A stretch of DNA of 64,000 nucleotides from Alphaproteobacteria bacterium. Its GTDB lineage: Bacteria; Pseudomonadota; Alphaproteobacteria; Bin95. Numbering within the stretch: position 1 is the first letter of the stretch; every line of letters starts with the position of its first letter. The stretch is taken from positions 4,512,001 to 4,576,000 of the forward strand of contig CBDBGH010000003.1 of NCBI GenBank assembly GCA_965205265.1. The letters run 5' to 3'. Below, piece after piece: positions 1 to 22,612 of this stretch. A program made the translations under genes and the position numbers. Under the pieces are notes generated by a model. The model had not been told where the DNA came from. It saw only the letters and a list, made by a program, of their open reading frames with translations, and ran no database searches.

Positions 1-43
1 CGGGGCCGCCCGGAGCGCTCTCCCTGTCGGCGGAAGCCGCCGT

Positions 44-679
44 TCAGCGGCCCGGCTGCGGGACCACGCGCAGATAGGGCTTCTGCTCGTCCCAGCCGTC
101 GGGGAACAGCTCCTTCGCCTGTTCGTCGGTGAGCGCCGGCAGGATGATGACATCGTCGCCCTGCTGCCAGTTCACCGGCGTCGCCACCTTGTGCGCGGCG
201 GTCAGCTGGAGCGAATCGAGCGTGCGCAGGATCTCGTCGAAATTGCGCCCGGTGGAAGGCGGGTAGGTGATCGTCGCCTTCACCTTCCTGTCCGGCCCGA
301 TGAAGAACACGGAGCGCACCGTCACCGTCTCGGCGGCATTGGGGTGGATCATGTCGTAGAGCGTGGACACGTTCCGGTCGTGGTCGGCGATGATCGGGAA
401 GTTGACCGCCTGGCCCTGGGTTTCCTCGATGTCGCTGGCCCATTCCCTGTGGCTGCCCAGCGGATCGACGGACAGGCCGATGATGCGGCAATTGCGCTTC
501 TCGAACTCGCCCTTGAGGCGCGCGGCGGCCGCGAGCTCGGTCGTGCAGACCGGCGTGAAGTCGGCGGGATGGGAGAAGAGGACGCCCCAGCCGTCGCCGA
601 GATAATCGTGGAAGGAGACTTCGCCGTCGGTGGTTTCCGCGGTGAAGTCCGGAGCATCGTCGCCAAGACGCAGAGACAT
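44..679 (-). CDS. 1-Cys peroxiredoxin (Prx6 family)
   Basis: Motifs FSHPADFTPVCTTE and YPPSTGRNFDEILR. Confidence 0.93.
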   Translation of the reverse strand: MSLRLGDDAPDFTAETTDGEVSFHDYLGDGWGVLFSHPADFTPVCTTELAAAARLKGEFEKRNCRIIGLSVDPLGSHREWASDIEETQGQAVNFPIIADHDRNVSTLYDMIHPNAAETVTVRSVFFIGPDRKVKATITYPPSTGRNFDEILRTLDSLQLTAAHKVATPVNWQQGDDVIILPALTDEQAKELFPDGWDEQKPYLRVVPQPGR

Positions 680-726
680 GGTGTTTCCCGTATGGTTTTC
701 GGTTGACCGGCTTTGCCGCAGCGGCT

Positions 727-1509
727 TCAGGACGCCCCGGCCGCCGTGCCGCTCATGTAGGTCTGGCGATGCGCTTCGTAAAGGGCGATGCCGGCCGCGA
801 CGGCGACATTGAGGCTGTCGGCGCCGCCGCTCATCGGTATCGCGGCCTCGAAGTCGCAGGCGCGGCGCACCAGGCGGCGGATGCCGGCGCCTTCCGCTCC
901 CAGCACCAGGCCGATTCGGCCGGTGAGGTCGAGGCGTGCGAGCGGCAGGTCGGCCGTCCCGTCAAGGGCGGCGAACCAGTATCCGGCCGCCTTGAGCCGC
1001 TCGAGCGTGCGGGCGAGATTGACGATGCGCGCCAGCGGCACGCGCTCCAGCGCCCCGGCCGCGGCCTTGGCGAGCGCGGCGGTTTCCGCCGGTGCGCCGG
1101 CGGCCGGCATGATGACGGCGCGCACGCCGAAAGCCGCGGCCGAGCGGAGGACCGCGCCCACATTGCGCGGGTCGCTCACCCGGTCGAGCAGCAGCAGGCG
1201 CGCCGGGCCGGGCGCCGCCGCGATGGCGTCGAGGTCGGGCGGGGGCAGCGGCTCGCAGTGGAGCGCGACGCCCTGGTGGACGGCGCCGGTGCCGAAACGC
1301 CGGTCGAGCAGGCGGCGCTCCACCGTTTCGACGGGAATGCCGCGCCGGCGGGCTGCAGCCTCCGCTTCCCCGGCCTCCGCCTGGAGGAGCCGGCGTACCT
1401 TGCGGGAAGGGTTCGCCAGGGCCGCGGCCACGGTGTGGCGGCCATGGAGCCAGAGTTCGCCGGCGGCGGGCGGTTTGCCGCGATTTTGCGTCCGATGGGC
1501 CATTGACAT
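727..1509 (-). CDS. rlmB: 23S rRNA (guanosine-2251-2'-O)-methyltransferase, SpoU/TrmH family; start may be the second ATG (1503)
   Basis: HQG, DPRNVGAVLRSA, GAEGAG and SLNVAVA SPOUT motifs; divergent from tRNA-Tyr as usual in Alphaproteobacteria. Confidence 0.88.
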   Translation of the reverse strand: MSMAHRTQNRGKPPAAGELWLHGRHTVAAALANPSRKVRRLLQAEAGEAEAAARRRGIPVETVERRLLDRRFGTGAVHQGVALHCEPLPPPDLDAIAAAPGPARLLLLDRVSDPRNVGAVLRSAAAFGVRAVIMPAAGAPAETAALAKAAAGALERVPLARIVNLARTLERLKAAGYWFAALDGTADLPLARLDLTGRIGLVLGAEGAGIRRLVRRACDFEAAIPMSGGADSLNVAVAAGIALYEAHRQTYMSGTAAGAS

Positions 1510-1531
1510 TCCGACGCGACCATACCATTTT
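1503..1531 (+). promoter_or_regulatory. Candidate sigma70 promoter for the tRNA-Tyr-tRNA-Gly-tuf unit
   Basis: TTGACA at 1503-1508; weak -10 (CATTTT at a 17-bp spacer) about 25 nt before tRNA-Tyr. Confidence 0.45.
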
Positions 1532-1555
1532 CGCCCGCCGTTTCGGGGACGGAAC

Positions 1556-1640
1556 GGAGGGGTGCCCGAGTGGCTAAAGGGGACGGGCTGTAAACCCGTT
1601 GGCGTTGCCTACGTTGGTTCGAATCCAACCCCCTCCACCA
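1556..1640 (+). tRNA. tRNA-Tyr (GTA)
   Basis: Acceptor GGAGGGG/CCCCTCC, anticodon loop CTGTAAA, long variable arm, GGTTCGAATCC, encoded CCA. Confidence 0.97.
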
Positions 1641-1723
1641 TTCGGACGGCCCGGACGACGGTCGAACGGCGGGGTATGAGCGCAGCGCAGGACTGCACGG
1701 ACGGAAACCGGGACGGAGCGCCG

Positions 1724-1797
1724 GCGGGTGTAGCTCAATGGTAGAGCCCCAGCCTTCCAAGCTGGTTGTGCGGGTTCGATTCCCGTCACCCGCTCCA
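1724..1797 (+). tRNA. tRNA-Gly (TCC)
   Basis: Acceptor GCGGGTG/CACCCGC, anticodon loop CTTCCAA, GGTTCGATTCC, CCA end. Confidence 0.97.
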
Positions 1798-1863
1798 GCT
1801 TCGGCCGGGACGAACGGAACCGACTAGAAACCAGAACCCAGGTATCGCAGCGGGACGAGGTCG

Positions 1864-3027
<1,164 letters not shown>

Positions 3028-3054
<27 letters not shown>

Positions 3055-3135
3055 GGCGTCGGCGCCTCGAACGACGACTGAGGCGACGACGCCTCGAACG
3101 ACGACTGAGGCGACGACGCCTCGAACGACGACTGA
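3028..3135 (+). repeat. Four tandem copies of a 27-bp unit equal to the last 9 codons of tuf, including TGA
   Basis: ggcgtcgtcgcctcaatcgacgactga / ggcgtcggcgcctcgaacgacgactga / ggcgacgacgcctcgaacgacgactga x2. Confidence 0.95.
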
Positions 3136-3171
3136 ACGGCGGAGGATCGACAGAACGCCATGGATCTCAGT

Positions 3172-3247
3172 AGGAGCATAGCTCAATTGGTAGAGCACCG
3201 GTCTCCAAAACCGGGGGTTGCGGGTTCGAGTCCTGCTGCTCCTGCCA
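3172..3247 (+). tRNA. tRNA-Trp (CCA)
   Basis: Acceptor AGGAGCA/TGCTCCT, anticodon arm CCGGT-CTCCAAA-ACCGG, CCA end; sits before secE. Confidence 0.97.
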
Positions 3248-3259
3248 TCTGAGGCTGTC

Positions 3260-3457
3260 ATGGCGCGAACCAGCCCCGGCGCTTTCATCCGCCAGGTCCG
3301 CCAGGAGGCGGCGAAGGTCACCTGGCCTTCCCGCAAGGAGACCGGCGTCTCCACGGCCATGGTGTTCGTCATGGTGACCCTGGCGGCGCTGTTCTTCTTC
3401 GTCGTGGACCAGGCGCTGGCGTGGATCGTGCGCGTCGTTCTCGGGTTCGGGGGATAG
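3260..3457 (+). CDS. secE: Preprotein translocase subunit SecE
   Basis: FIRQVRQEAAKVTWPSRKE plus one TM helix; between tRNA-Trp and nusG. Confidence 0.95.
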   Translation: MARTSPGAFIRQVRQEAAKVTWPSRKETGVSTAMVFVMVTLAALFFFVVDQALAWIVRVVLGFGG

Positions 3458-3461
3458 CGTC

Positions 3462-4037
3462 GTGACCGCGCTCTGGTACGTCATCCATGTGCATTCGGGC
3501 TCCGAGCAGAAGGTCGCGGCGGCGATTCGCGAGCAGGCGGACCGGCAGGGCGTGGGCGGGCTGATCGAGGAGATCAGCGTGCCCATGGAAAAGGTCGCCG
3601 AAATCCGGCGCGGGCGGCGCGTGACCGGGGAGCGCAAGTTCTTCCCCGGCTATGTGCTCATCAAGATGGAAACGCAGCAGAACGCCGAACGGCCCGAGCG
3701 GACAGGCAGCCGCCCGGACGACCGCGTCTGGCATCTGGTCAAGAACACGCCGAAGGTCACGGGCTTCCTCGGCGGCGGCGGCAACCGGCCTCTTCCGATA
3801 TCCGAGCCCGAGGCCAACCGCATCCTCTACCAGGTCAGCGAAGGCGTCGAACGCCCGCGGCCGTCGGTCATCTACGATGTCGGCGAACAGGTCCGGGTCT
3901 CGGACGGCCCGTTCACCTCCTTCACCGGCGTGGTGGAAGAAGTCGATGAGGAACGCGCGCGGCTCAAGGTTTCGGTGTCGATTTTCGGGCGCGCGACGCC
4001 CGTCGATCTCGAATATTCGCAAGTGGAAAAAACCTGA
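3462..4037 (+). CDS. nusG: Transcription termination/antitermination factor NusG
   Basis: WYVIHVHSGSE, FFPGYVL, KOW motif DGPF...SIFGRATPVDL; GTG start. Confidence 0.97.
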   Translation: MTALWYVIHVHSGSEQKVAAAIREQADRQGVGGLIEEISVPMEKVAEIRRGRRVTGERKFFPGYVLIKMETQQNAERPERTGSRPDDRVWHLVKNTPKVTGFLGGGGNRPLPISEPEANRILYQVSEGVERPRPSVIYDVGEQVRVSDGPFTSFTGVVEEVDEERARLKVSVSIFGRATPVDLEYSQVEKT

Positions 4038-4124
4038 CCGCAAACAGCAACGAGGCGAAGGCGGGAGGCCGACCCCGGCCGTGACCGCCGGCGGCAGAAG
4101 CGCCGCCGCATCTGGGGAGCCGAA

Positions 4125-4556
4125 ATGGCAAAGAAAATCAGCGGCTACATCAAGCTGCAGGTTCCGGCGGGGCAAGCCACGCCGCAGCCGCCCATCGGTC
4201 CGGTTCTGGGACAACGCGGACTGAACATCATGGAGTTCTGCAAGGCGTTCAACGCCGCAACGCAGGCCCAGGAACAGGGCGTGCCGCTTCCGACGATCAT
4301 CACCGTCTATGCGGACAAGTCCTTCAGCTTCACGATGAAGACGCCGCCGGCGAGTTTCCTGCTGCGGCGCGCGGCGGGGCTCGACAAGGGCAGCCAGACG
4401 CCCGGCCGGGAGAGTGCGGGCCAGGTCACGCGCGCGCAGCTGCGGGAGATCGCAGAGACGAAGATGGAGGACCTGAACGCCAACGACCTCGACGCCGCCG
4501 TGGCCATGCTCGCGGGCTCCGCCCGGTCCATGGGCCTCGAAGTGACGGAGGGCTGA
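4125..4556 (+). CDS. rplK: 50S ribosomal protein L11
   Basis: [23 protein letters not shown]. Confidence 0.98.
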   Translation: MAKKISGYIKLQVPAGQATPQPPIGPVLGQRGLNIMEFCKAFNAATQAQEQGVPLPTIITVYADKSFSFTMKTPPASFLLRRAAGLDKGSQTPGRESAGQVTRAQLREIAETKMEDLNANDLDAAVAMLAGSARSMGLEVTEG

Positions 4557-4560
4557 GGCG

Positions 4561-5265
4561 ATGGCGAGCCGCAAGGGCAAGCGGATGCGCGCCGCGTGGG
4601 ACGGCGTGGACCGCACCGTCGAGCACGAACTCGCCGAAGCGGTGCGCCTGGTCCGGGAGCGCGCCGGCGCCAAATTCGACGAAACGGTGGATATCGCGAT
4701 CAATCTCGGCGTCGATCCGCGCCATGCGGACCAGATGGTGCGCGGGGTTTGCGACCTGCCGCACGGCACCGGCAAGCCCGTGCGCGTGGCGGTGTTTGCG
4801 CGCGGCGCGAAGGCCGACGAGGCCCGGGAGGCAGGCGCCGACGTGGTGGGCGCAGAAGATCTTGCCGAGACGATCAACGGGGGCGAGATCGCCTTCGACC
4901 GCGCCATCGCCACGCCGGATACCATGCCGGTGGTGGGCCGGCTCGGCCGCATTCTGGGCCCCCGCGGCCTGATGCCGAACCCGCGCCTCGGCACCGTGAC
5001 CATGGATGTGGCGGACGCCGTGCGGGCGGCCAAGGGCGGGCAGGTGCAGTTCCGGGTCGAACGGGCCGGAATTGTGCATGCCGGCATCGGCAAGGCGAGC
5101 TTCGAGCAGGAGGCGCTGGAAGGCAATGCCCGCGCTTTCTTCGACGCCATACTGCGCGCCAAGCCCACCGGCGCCAAGGGAACCTATATCAAGCGCGTCA
5201 CGCTCAGCTCCACGATGGGGCCGGGCGTGCGCGTGGATGCAAGCGCTCTCGGCGGAGCGGGCTGA
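4561..5265 (+). CDS. rplA: 50S ribosomal protein L1
   Basis: [24 protein letters not shown]. Confidence 0.98.
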   Translation: MASRKGKRMRAAWDGVDRTVEHELAEAVRLVRERAGAKFDETVDIAINLGVDPRHADQMVRGVCDLPHGTGKPVRVAVFARGAKADEAREAGADVVGAEDLAETINGGEIAFDRAIATPDTMPVVGRLGRILGPRGLMPNPRLGTVTMDVADAVRAAKGGQVQFRVERAGIVHAGIGKASFEQEALEGNARAFFDAILRAKPTGAKGTYIKRVTLSSTMGPGVRVDASALGGAG

Positions 5266-5284
5266 ACCGAACCGCCGAAAGAAA

Positions 5285-5357
5285 CCTGTCCGAGACCGTC
5301 GGTGTCCGCGCCTGCCCGCAGGCCGGACCTAAAGCGAAAGCGCCGGCGCTAGACGGG
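5285..5357 (+). promoter_or_regulatory. L10 leader (rplJ autogenous control RNA)
   Basis: CCTGTCCGAGAC...GGTG...TAAA...TAGACGGG in the long rplA-rplJ spacer, resembling the known proteobacterial L10 leader. Confidence 0.7.
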
Positions 5358-5467
5358 AGGAAGACGCCGGGCTGCCGGCGTCCGCTTCCGGGACAGGGTC
5401 CGACGCCGCCTGCAAGGGCGGTCAACACCAACCGGGGCCGCAAAGGCCCCACCCAGGAGAGGACCCC

Positions 5468-5977
5468 TTGCTCAAGAAGCAGAAAGAGGAATTGGTCCGG
5501 AACATGACCGAGAGCTTCGGCGGCGCCGAACTCATGGTCGTGACCCGGCATTCCGGACTGACGGTGGCCGAGATGACGGACCTGCGCCGGCGCATGCGCG
5601 CGGCGGGCGTCACGTTCAGGGTCACCAAGAACCGGCTGGTGAAACGCGCGCTGGAAAAGACCTCCTTCGCCGATATCCAGCCCCTGTTCTCCGGCCCTAC
5701 GGCGGTCGCGTTCTCGACCGACCCGGTGGCGGCGGCCAAGGTGGCCGTCGACTACGCCAACGAGAACGACAAGCTCTCCGTGCTGGGCGGCATGCTCGGC
5801 GCCGAGACGCTGGACCAAGCGGGGGTGGACGCGCTCGCGAAGCTGCCTTCGCTGGACGAGTTGCGCGGCAGGATCGTGGGGCTGCTTCAGGCGCCGGGAA
5901 GCAAGATTGCGCGCCTGCTGGGAGAACCCGGCGCGCAGCTTGCGCGCGTCTTCTCAGCCCGCGGCGACTCGGGCTGA
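5468..5977 (+). CDS. rplJ: 50S ribosomal protein L10
   Basis: GLTVAEMTDLRR, VTKNRL, LAKLPSLDELRG; TTG start after AGGAGAGG. Confidence 0.96.
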   Translation: MLKKQKEELVRNMTESFGGAELMVVTRHSGLTVAEMTDLRRRMRAAGVTFRVTKNRLVKRALEKTSFADIQPLFSGPTAVAFSTDPVAAAKVAVDYANENDKLSVLGGMLGAETLDQAGVDALAKLPSLDELRGRIVGLLQAPGSKIARLLGEPGAQLARVFSARGDSG

Positions 5978-6042
5978 CCGCCCGCAGCCGGCAGATATTG
6001 AGCCAAACACGAACCGGAAAGCGAACCCAGGAGTAACAACAG

Positions 6043-6417
6043 ATGGCCGATCTACAGAAACTCGCCGACGAACTCTCGGAACTGACCGTCATCCAGGCGG
6101 CCGAATTGTCGAAAATGCTCGAAGAGAAGTGGGGCGTATCCGCCGCCGCGCCGGTCGCGGTCGCCGCGGCGTCGAACGGCGAAGCCGCCGCCGCCGTGGA
6201 AGAGCAGACCGAATTCGACGTCATCCTGGCGTCCTTCGGCGAAAAGAAGATCAATGTGATCAAGGAAATCCGGGCCATTACCGGCCTCGGCCTCAAGGAG
6301 GCCAAGGAGCTGGTCGAGTCCGCGCCGAAGCCCGTCAAGGAAGGCGTGAGCAAGGAGGAAGGCGAGGAGTTGAAGGAAAAGCTCGAAGGAGCGGGCGCCA
6401 CGGTAGAACTGAAGTAG
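6043..6417 (+). CDS. rplL: 50S ribosomal protein L7/L12
   Basis: [31 protein letters not shown]. Confidence 0.98.
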   Translation: MADLQKLADELSELTVIQAAELSKMLEEKWGVSAAAPVAVAAASNGEAAAAVEEQTEFDVILASFGEKKINVIKEIRAITGLGLKEAKELVESAPKPVKEGVSKEEGEELKEKLEGAGATVELK

Positions 6418-6601
6418 CCGGATTGGCCGGCCGAATGGACAACGGCCCGGGCGCCGGGCCGGAAATCGGGAGCAGGCGCGGCCGCGGGCCCGGGAGACGG
6501 GCGCGCGGCTCCGTCGCCGTTTGCCATTTTCGTGCCGCAACCCAGTTAAACAATGATCTTGCCGCCGGCCGCCGGCCGGCGTGGAACAGGGTGGATCGGA
6601 C

Positions 6602-10753
<4,152 letters not shown>

Positions 10754-10796
10754 CGGCGCGTCCGCCGCTGTCCCCAACCCGCTCTGGAGTCACCGC

Positions 10797-14966
<4,170 letters not shown>

Positions 14967-15013
14967 AGCAGGGCTGGCGGTGCGAAAACCGGCGGGCAGG
15001 CGTCTTTCGGCGC

Positions 15014-15042
15014 TTGACGCCCTCCGGCCGCACCGTTAAAAG
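15014..15042 (+). promoter_or_regulatory. Candidate sigma70 promoter of the str operon
   Basis: TTGACG-17 bp-TAAAAG; -10 lacks the final T, common in Alphaproteobacteria. Confidence 0.6.
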
Positions 15043-15259
15043 CCCGCCAACCTTATTCGGGGAGGCGGCGGTAAGCTCGCTTGCGGCGGGTTTAGACGCG
15101 TCTTCGAGCCGGTCTGGGGCCGAGCGGAGTTCGATTTTCCGGACACTCGAACGCTCAGGCGAGCCTGCGCGCGATACGCGGAGGCGGTCGGTTCGTTTTC
15201 GGTCCTGCGGGGTCCGCAGGCCGCTTCTCCGGATGGGGCAGAAGGTGCAAGGAGGCGCA

Positions 15260-15631
15260 ATGCCGACGATCAACCAGCTGATCCGCAAGTCGCGGACCGC
15301 GCCCAGGGCGCGCAATAAGGTGCCGGCGCTGGAGGCTTGTCCCCAGAAGCGCGGCGTCTGCACGCGCGTCTATACGACCACGCCGAAAAAGCCGAACTCG
15401 GCGCTGCGCAAGGTGGCGCGCGTGCGCCTGACCAACGGCTTCGAGGTGACGAGCTACATCCCGGGCGTCGGCCACAACCTCCAGGAGCACTCGGTCGTCC
15501 TGATCCGGGGCGGGCGCGTGAAGGACCTGCCGGGCGTGCGCTACCACATCATCCGCGGCACGCTGGACACGCAGGGGGTCGCCGACCGCCGCCAGCGCCG
15601 GTCGAAATACGGCGCCAAGCGTCCGAGGTAG
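15260..15631 (+). CDS. rpsL: 30S ribosomal protein S12
   Basis: [33 protein letters not shown]; GGAGG RBS. Confidence 0.99.
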   Translation: MPTINQLIRKSRTAPRARNKVPALEACPQKRGVCTRVYTTTPKKPNSALRKVARVRLTNGFEVTSYIPGVGHNLQEHSVVLIRGGRVKDLPGVRYHIIRGTLDTQGVADRRQRRSKYGAKRPR

Positions 15632-15645
15632 GGAGACCGGAAGCC

Positions 15646-16116
15646 ATGTCGCGCCGCCGTGCAGCAGAAAAACGCGAGCCGATTCCCGATCCGCGATACG
15701 GGGATGCGGTGATCTCCAAATTCGTCAACTGCCTGATGCTGGACGGCAAGAAGTCCACGGCCGAGCGCATCGTTTACGGAGCTCTGGAGAGGGCGGAACG
15801 GCGCGCCGGCGTCGATGCGCTGCAGGTCTTCCACGCCGCGCTCGACAATGTGCGCCCCAATCTCGAAGTGCGGTCCCGCCGGGTGGGCGGCGCCACCTAC
15901 CAGGTGCCGGTCGAGGTGCGCCCGGACCGGGCGCAGGCGCTGGCGATCCGTTGGTTGATCGACGTGGCGCGCAAGCGCTCCGAAAAGACCATGATCGACC
16001 GGCTCAGCGGCGAGCTGATCGACGCCATCAACCAGCGCGGCGCGGCGGTCAAGAAGCGCGAGGACACCCACCGGATGGCCGAGGCCAACCGGGCGTTCTC
16101 GCACTACCGCTGGTAA
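15646..16116 (+). CDS. rpsG: 30S ribosomal protein S7
   Basis: [29 protein letters not shown]. Confidence 0.99.
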   Translation: MSRRRAAEKREPIPDPRYGDAVISKFVNCLMLDGKKSTAERIVYGALERAERRAGVDALQVFHAALDNVRPNLEVRSRRVGGATYQVPVEVRPDRAQALAIRWLIDVARKRSEKTMIDRLSGELIDAINQRGAAVKKREDTHRMAEANRAFSHYRW

Positions 16117-16140
16117 CGGACAGAGCCGGAGCACCCTCCC

Positions 16141-18216
<2,076 letters not shown>

Positions 18217-18247
18217 CGGCAGGGAAGAAAAGAGGGGCACGGGAATC

Positions 18248-19438
<1,191 letters not shown>

Positions 19439-19482
19439 ACGACGCCCAGCCGCCGGGACGCCGGAACGAGAGACCGAGTGCC

Positions 19483-19791
19483 ATGGATCACCAGAATATC
19501 CGCATACGCCTGAAGGCGTTCGACCACCGGGTTCTCGACCAGTCCACCGGCGAGATCGTGAGCACGGCGAAACGCACCGGCGCCCAGGTGCGCGGGCCGA
19601 TTCCGCTGCCCGTGCGCATCCAGCGCTACACCGTGCTGCGCGGCCCGCATATCGACAAGAAGAGCCGCGAGCAGTTCGAGATGCGCACCCATCGCCGGGT
19701 GCTCGATATCGTCGATCCGACGCCGCAGACCGTGGACGCGCTGATGAAGCTCGATCTCGCGGCCGGCGTCGATGTCGAGATCAAGGTCTGA
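19483..19791 (+). CDS. rpsJ: 30S ribosomal protein S10
   Basis: [28 protein letters not shown]. Confidence 0.99.
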   Translation: MDHQNIRIRLKAFDHRVLDQSTGEIVSTAKRTGAQVRGPIPLPVRIQRYTVLRGPHIDKKSREQFEMRTHRRVLDIVDPTPQTVDALMKLDLAAGVDVEIKV

Positions 19792-19807
19792 GGGAGGCTC
19801 GGGGTCG

Positions 19808-20527
19808 ATGCGAACCGGCGTCATTGCCCGCAAGCTCGGCATGATGCGCATGTTTGCGGAAACGGGCGCGCATGTACCGGTCACGGTGTTGTCGCTCGAC
19901 CGCTGCCGCGTGGTCGCGCAGCGCCGCGAGGAGCCGGACGGCTATACGGCGCTGCAGCTCGGCGCCGGTATGGCGCGCACCAAGCGGATCACGCGCCCGA
20001 TGCGCGGCCATTTCGCCAAGGCGAAGGTCGAGCCGGCGAGGCGGCTCGCCGAGTTCCGGGTTTCGGAAGACGCGCTGGTCGAGGTGGGCGCGGAGCTTTC
20101 CGCCGGCCATTTCGTCAAGGGCCAGCATGTCGATGTCTCGGGCACGAGTATCGGCAAGGGCTTCGCCGGGGCGATGAAGCGGCACAATTTCCGCGGCCTC
20201 CGGGCCTCGCACGGCGTCTCCATCTCGCACCGTTCGCACGGCTCCACCGGCAACAGCCAGAATCCGGGCAAGGTCTGGAAAGGCAAGAAGATGGCCGGCC
20301 GTATGGGCGATGCGCGGGCCACGGTGCAGAATCTGGAAGTGGTCGATACCGATGTCGAGCGCGGCCTCATCATGGTGAAGGGCGCGGTGCCGGGTGCGAA
20401 AGGCGGCTGGGTGCTGGTGTCCGATGCGCGCAAGCGCAAGCTGCCGGAGGACGCGCCGTTCCCGGCCGGCCTCAAGGCGCCGGAAGAGGCGGAAGCCGAA
20501 GCGCCGGCCGGCGAGAACGGGGAGTAG
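19808..20527 (+). CDS. rplC: 50S ribosomal protein L3
   Basis: [32 protein letters not shown]. Confidence 0.98.
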   Translation: MRTGVIARKLGMMRMFAETGAHVPVTVLSLDRCRVVAQRREEPDGYTALQLGAGMARTKRITRPMRGHFAKAKVEPARRLAEFRVSEDALVEVGAELSAGHFVKGQHVDVSGTSIGKGFAGAMKRHNFRGLRASHGVSISHRSHGSTGNSQNPGKVWKGKKMAGRMGDARATVQNLEVVDTDVERGLIMVKGAVPGAKGGWVLVSDARKRKLPEDAPFPAGLKAPEEAEAEAPAGENGE

Positions 20528-20531
20528 GAAG

Positions 20532-21152
20532 ATGCAGCTCCCGGTCAAGGATTGGGACAACCGCGAAACCGGCAGCATCGAGCTCGCCGACGGCGTGTTC
20601 GGCGGCGAGGTGCGCCGCGACCTGCTGGCCCGCGTGGTGAACTGGCAGCGCGCGAAGAAGCGCGGCGGCAACCACAAGGTCAAGGAACGCAGCGAGGTCG
20701 CGCGCGTCAAATCCAAGATCTACCGCCAGAAGGGCACGGGCCGGGCCCGTCACGGCGCGGCGACGGCGAACATCTTCCGCGGCGGCGGGGTCGTCCACGG
20801 GCCCCGGGTCCGCGACCACGCCCACAAGCTGCCGAAGAAGGTCCGGGCGGCGGGGCTGCGTGCGGCGCTGGCGTCCAAGACCCAGGCCGGGAAGCTGATC
20901 GTGGTCGAGGATCTTGCGCTGGAAAGCGGACGCACGCGCGATCTGGCGAACCGGCTCCGGGAGATGGAACTCGATTCGGCGCTGATTGTGGGCGGCGAGA
21001 CGGTGGATGAGAATTTCCGCCGGGCCGCGGCCAATATCGTCGGGATCGACGTGCTGCCGCGCATGGGCGCCAATGTCTATGACATTCTGCGGCGCGACGT
21101 GCTGGTGCTGACGCGCGAGGCGGCCGCTCATCTTGAGGAGCGCCTGTCATGA
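20532..21152 (+). CDS. rplD: 50S ribosomal protein L4
   Basis: [21 protein letters not shown]. Confidence 0.98.
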   Translation: MQLPVKDWDNRETGSIELADGVFGGEVRRDLLARVVNWQRAKKRGGNHKVKERSEVARVKSKIYRQKGTGRARHGAATANIFRGGGVVHGPRVRDHAHKLPKKVRAAGLRAALASKTQAGKLIVVEDLALESGRTRDLANRLREMELDSALIVGGETVDENFRRAAANIVGIDVLPRMGANVYDILRRDVLVLTREAAAHLEERLS

Positions 21153-21481
21153 GCCGCGCCCGCGCCATCGGGCGGCCTCCGCCCCGGATCGGACGCGAGC
21201 GCATGCTCGCCGTTCTGCGCGCGCCGGTCGTCACCGAGAAATCGACGCTGATCGGCGAGCACAACCAGATCACCTTCCGTGTGGCGATGGACGCCACCAA
21301 GCCGGAAATCCTCCAGGCGGTCGAGGGTTTGTTCTCGGTCAAGGTGAAGAAGGTCAACACCATGAGGGTCAAGGGCAAGACCAAGCGGTTCCGGGGCGTT
21401 CCGGGCAAGCGTCCGGACTGGAAAAAGGCGGTGGTGACGCTCGAAGAGGGTCACTCGGTCGATGTGACCACGGGGATCTGA
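21149..21481 (+). CDS. rplW: 50S ribosomal protein L23
   Basis: PVVTEKS, ATKPEI, KKAVVTL; ATGA overlap with rplD. Confidence 0.96.
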   Translation: MSRARAIGRPPPRIGRERMLAVLRAPVVTEKSTLIGEHNQITFRVAMDATKPEILQAVEGLFSVKVKKVNTMRVKGKTKRFRGVPGKRPDWKKAVVTLEEGHSVDVTTGI

Positions 21482-21485
21482 GGCG

Positions 21486-22325
21486 ATGGCGCTCAAGCAT
21501 TACAAGCCGACTTCGCCGGGCCGCCGCGGGCTGGTGCTGGTGGACCGAAGCGGGTTGCACAAGGGCAAGCCGGTCAAGTCCCTGACCGAGGGGCTGACCG
21601 GCACGGGCGGGCGCAACAACCAGGGGCGCACAACCGTCTTCTGGCGCGGCGGCGGCCACAAGCGCAAATACCGCCGGATCGACTTCAGGCGGCGCAAATG
21701 GGAGCAGCCGGCGGTGGTGGAGCGGCTGGAATACGACCCCAATCGCACGGCCTTCATCGCGCTCATCCGGTATGAGGACGGCGAGCTGTCCTACATTCTG
21801 GCGCCGCAGCGCCTCCAGCCGGGCGACACGGTGGTCGCGGGCCGGGAGGTGGATGTGAAGCCCGGCAACGCCATGCCGCTGCGCCGGATTCCGATCGGCA
21901 CCATCGTTCACAATGTCGAGCTGAAGCCGGGCAAGGGCGGGCAGGTCGCGCGCGCCGCCGGGACCTATGTGCAGCTCGTCGGGCGCGATGCCGGCATGGC
22001 CCGGCTGCGTTTCAAGTCCGGCGAAACCCGCATGGTGCCGCATGAGTGCATGGCCTCCATCGGCGCGGTCTCGAATTCGGACCACGGCAACCAGACGCTC
22101 GCCAAAGCGGGGCGCAACCGCTGGCTCGGCCGGCGCCCGCATGTGCGCGGCGTGGTGATGAACCCCGTGGACCATCCTCATGGCGGCGGCGAGGGCAGGA
22201 CCTCGGGCGGGCGCCATCCCGTGACGCCCTGGGGCAAGCCGACCAAGGGCCGGCGGACGAGGAAGAAGAAGGCGTCCGACAAGATGATCCTGCGCAGCCG
22301 GCACCGCGCCAAGACGAGAGGCTAG
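21486..22325 (+). CDS. rplB: 50S ribosomal protein L2
   Basis: [25 protein letters not shown]. Confidence 0.99.
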   Translation: MALKHYKPTSPGRRGLVLVDRSGLHKGKPVKSLTEGLTGTGGRNNQGRTTVFWRGGGHKRKYRRIDFRRRKWEQPAVVERLEYDPNRTAFIALIRYEDGELSYILAPQRLQPGDTVVAGREVDVKPGNAMPLRRIPIGTIVHNVELKPGKGGQVARAAGTYVQLVGRDAGMARLRFKSGETRMVPHECMASIGAVSNSDHGNQTLAKAGRNRWLGRRPHVRGVVMNPVDHPHGGGEGRTSGGRHPVTPWGKPTKGRRTRKKKASDKMILRSRHRAKTRG

Positions 22326-22329
22326 ATCC

Positions 22330-22608
22330 ATGTCGCGTTCGGTTTGGAAAGGCCCCTTCGTGGACGGCTATCTGCTCAGGAAGGCCGAGGCGGTGCGCGG
22401 CTCGGGCCGCAAGGAGGTGATCCGCACCTGGTCGCGGCGGTCCACGATCCTGCCGCAATTCGTCGGGCTCACCTTCGGCGTCCATAACGGGCAGAAATTC
22501 CTGCCGGTCCTGGTGACCGAAGACATGGTCGGACACAAATTCGGCGAGTTCGCGCCGACCCGCACCTTCTACGGGCATGCGGCGGACAAGAAGGCGAGGC
22601 GGGGCTGA
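22330..22608 (+). CDS. rpsS: 30S ribosomal protein S19
   Basis: [29 protein letters not shown]. Confidence 0.99.
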   Translation: MSRSVWKGPFVDGYLLRKAEAVRGSGRKEVIRTWSRRSTILPQFVGLTFGVHNGQKFLPVLVTEDMVGHKFGEFAPTRTFYGHAADKKARRG

Positions 22609-22612
22609 GGCG

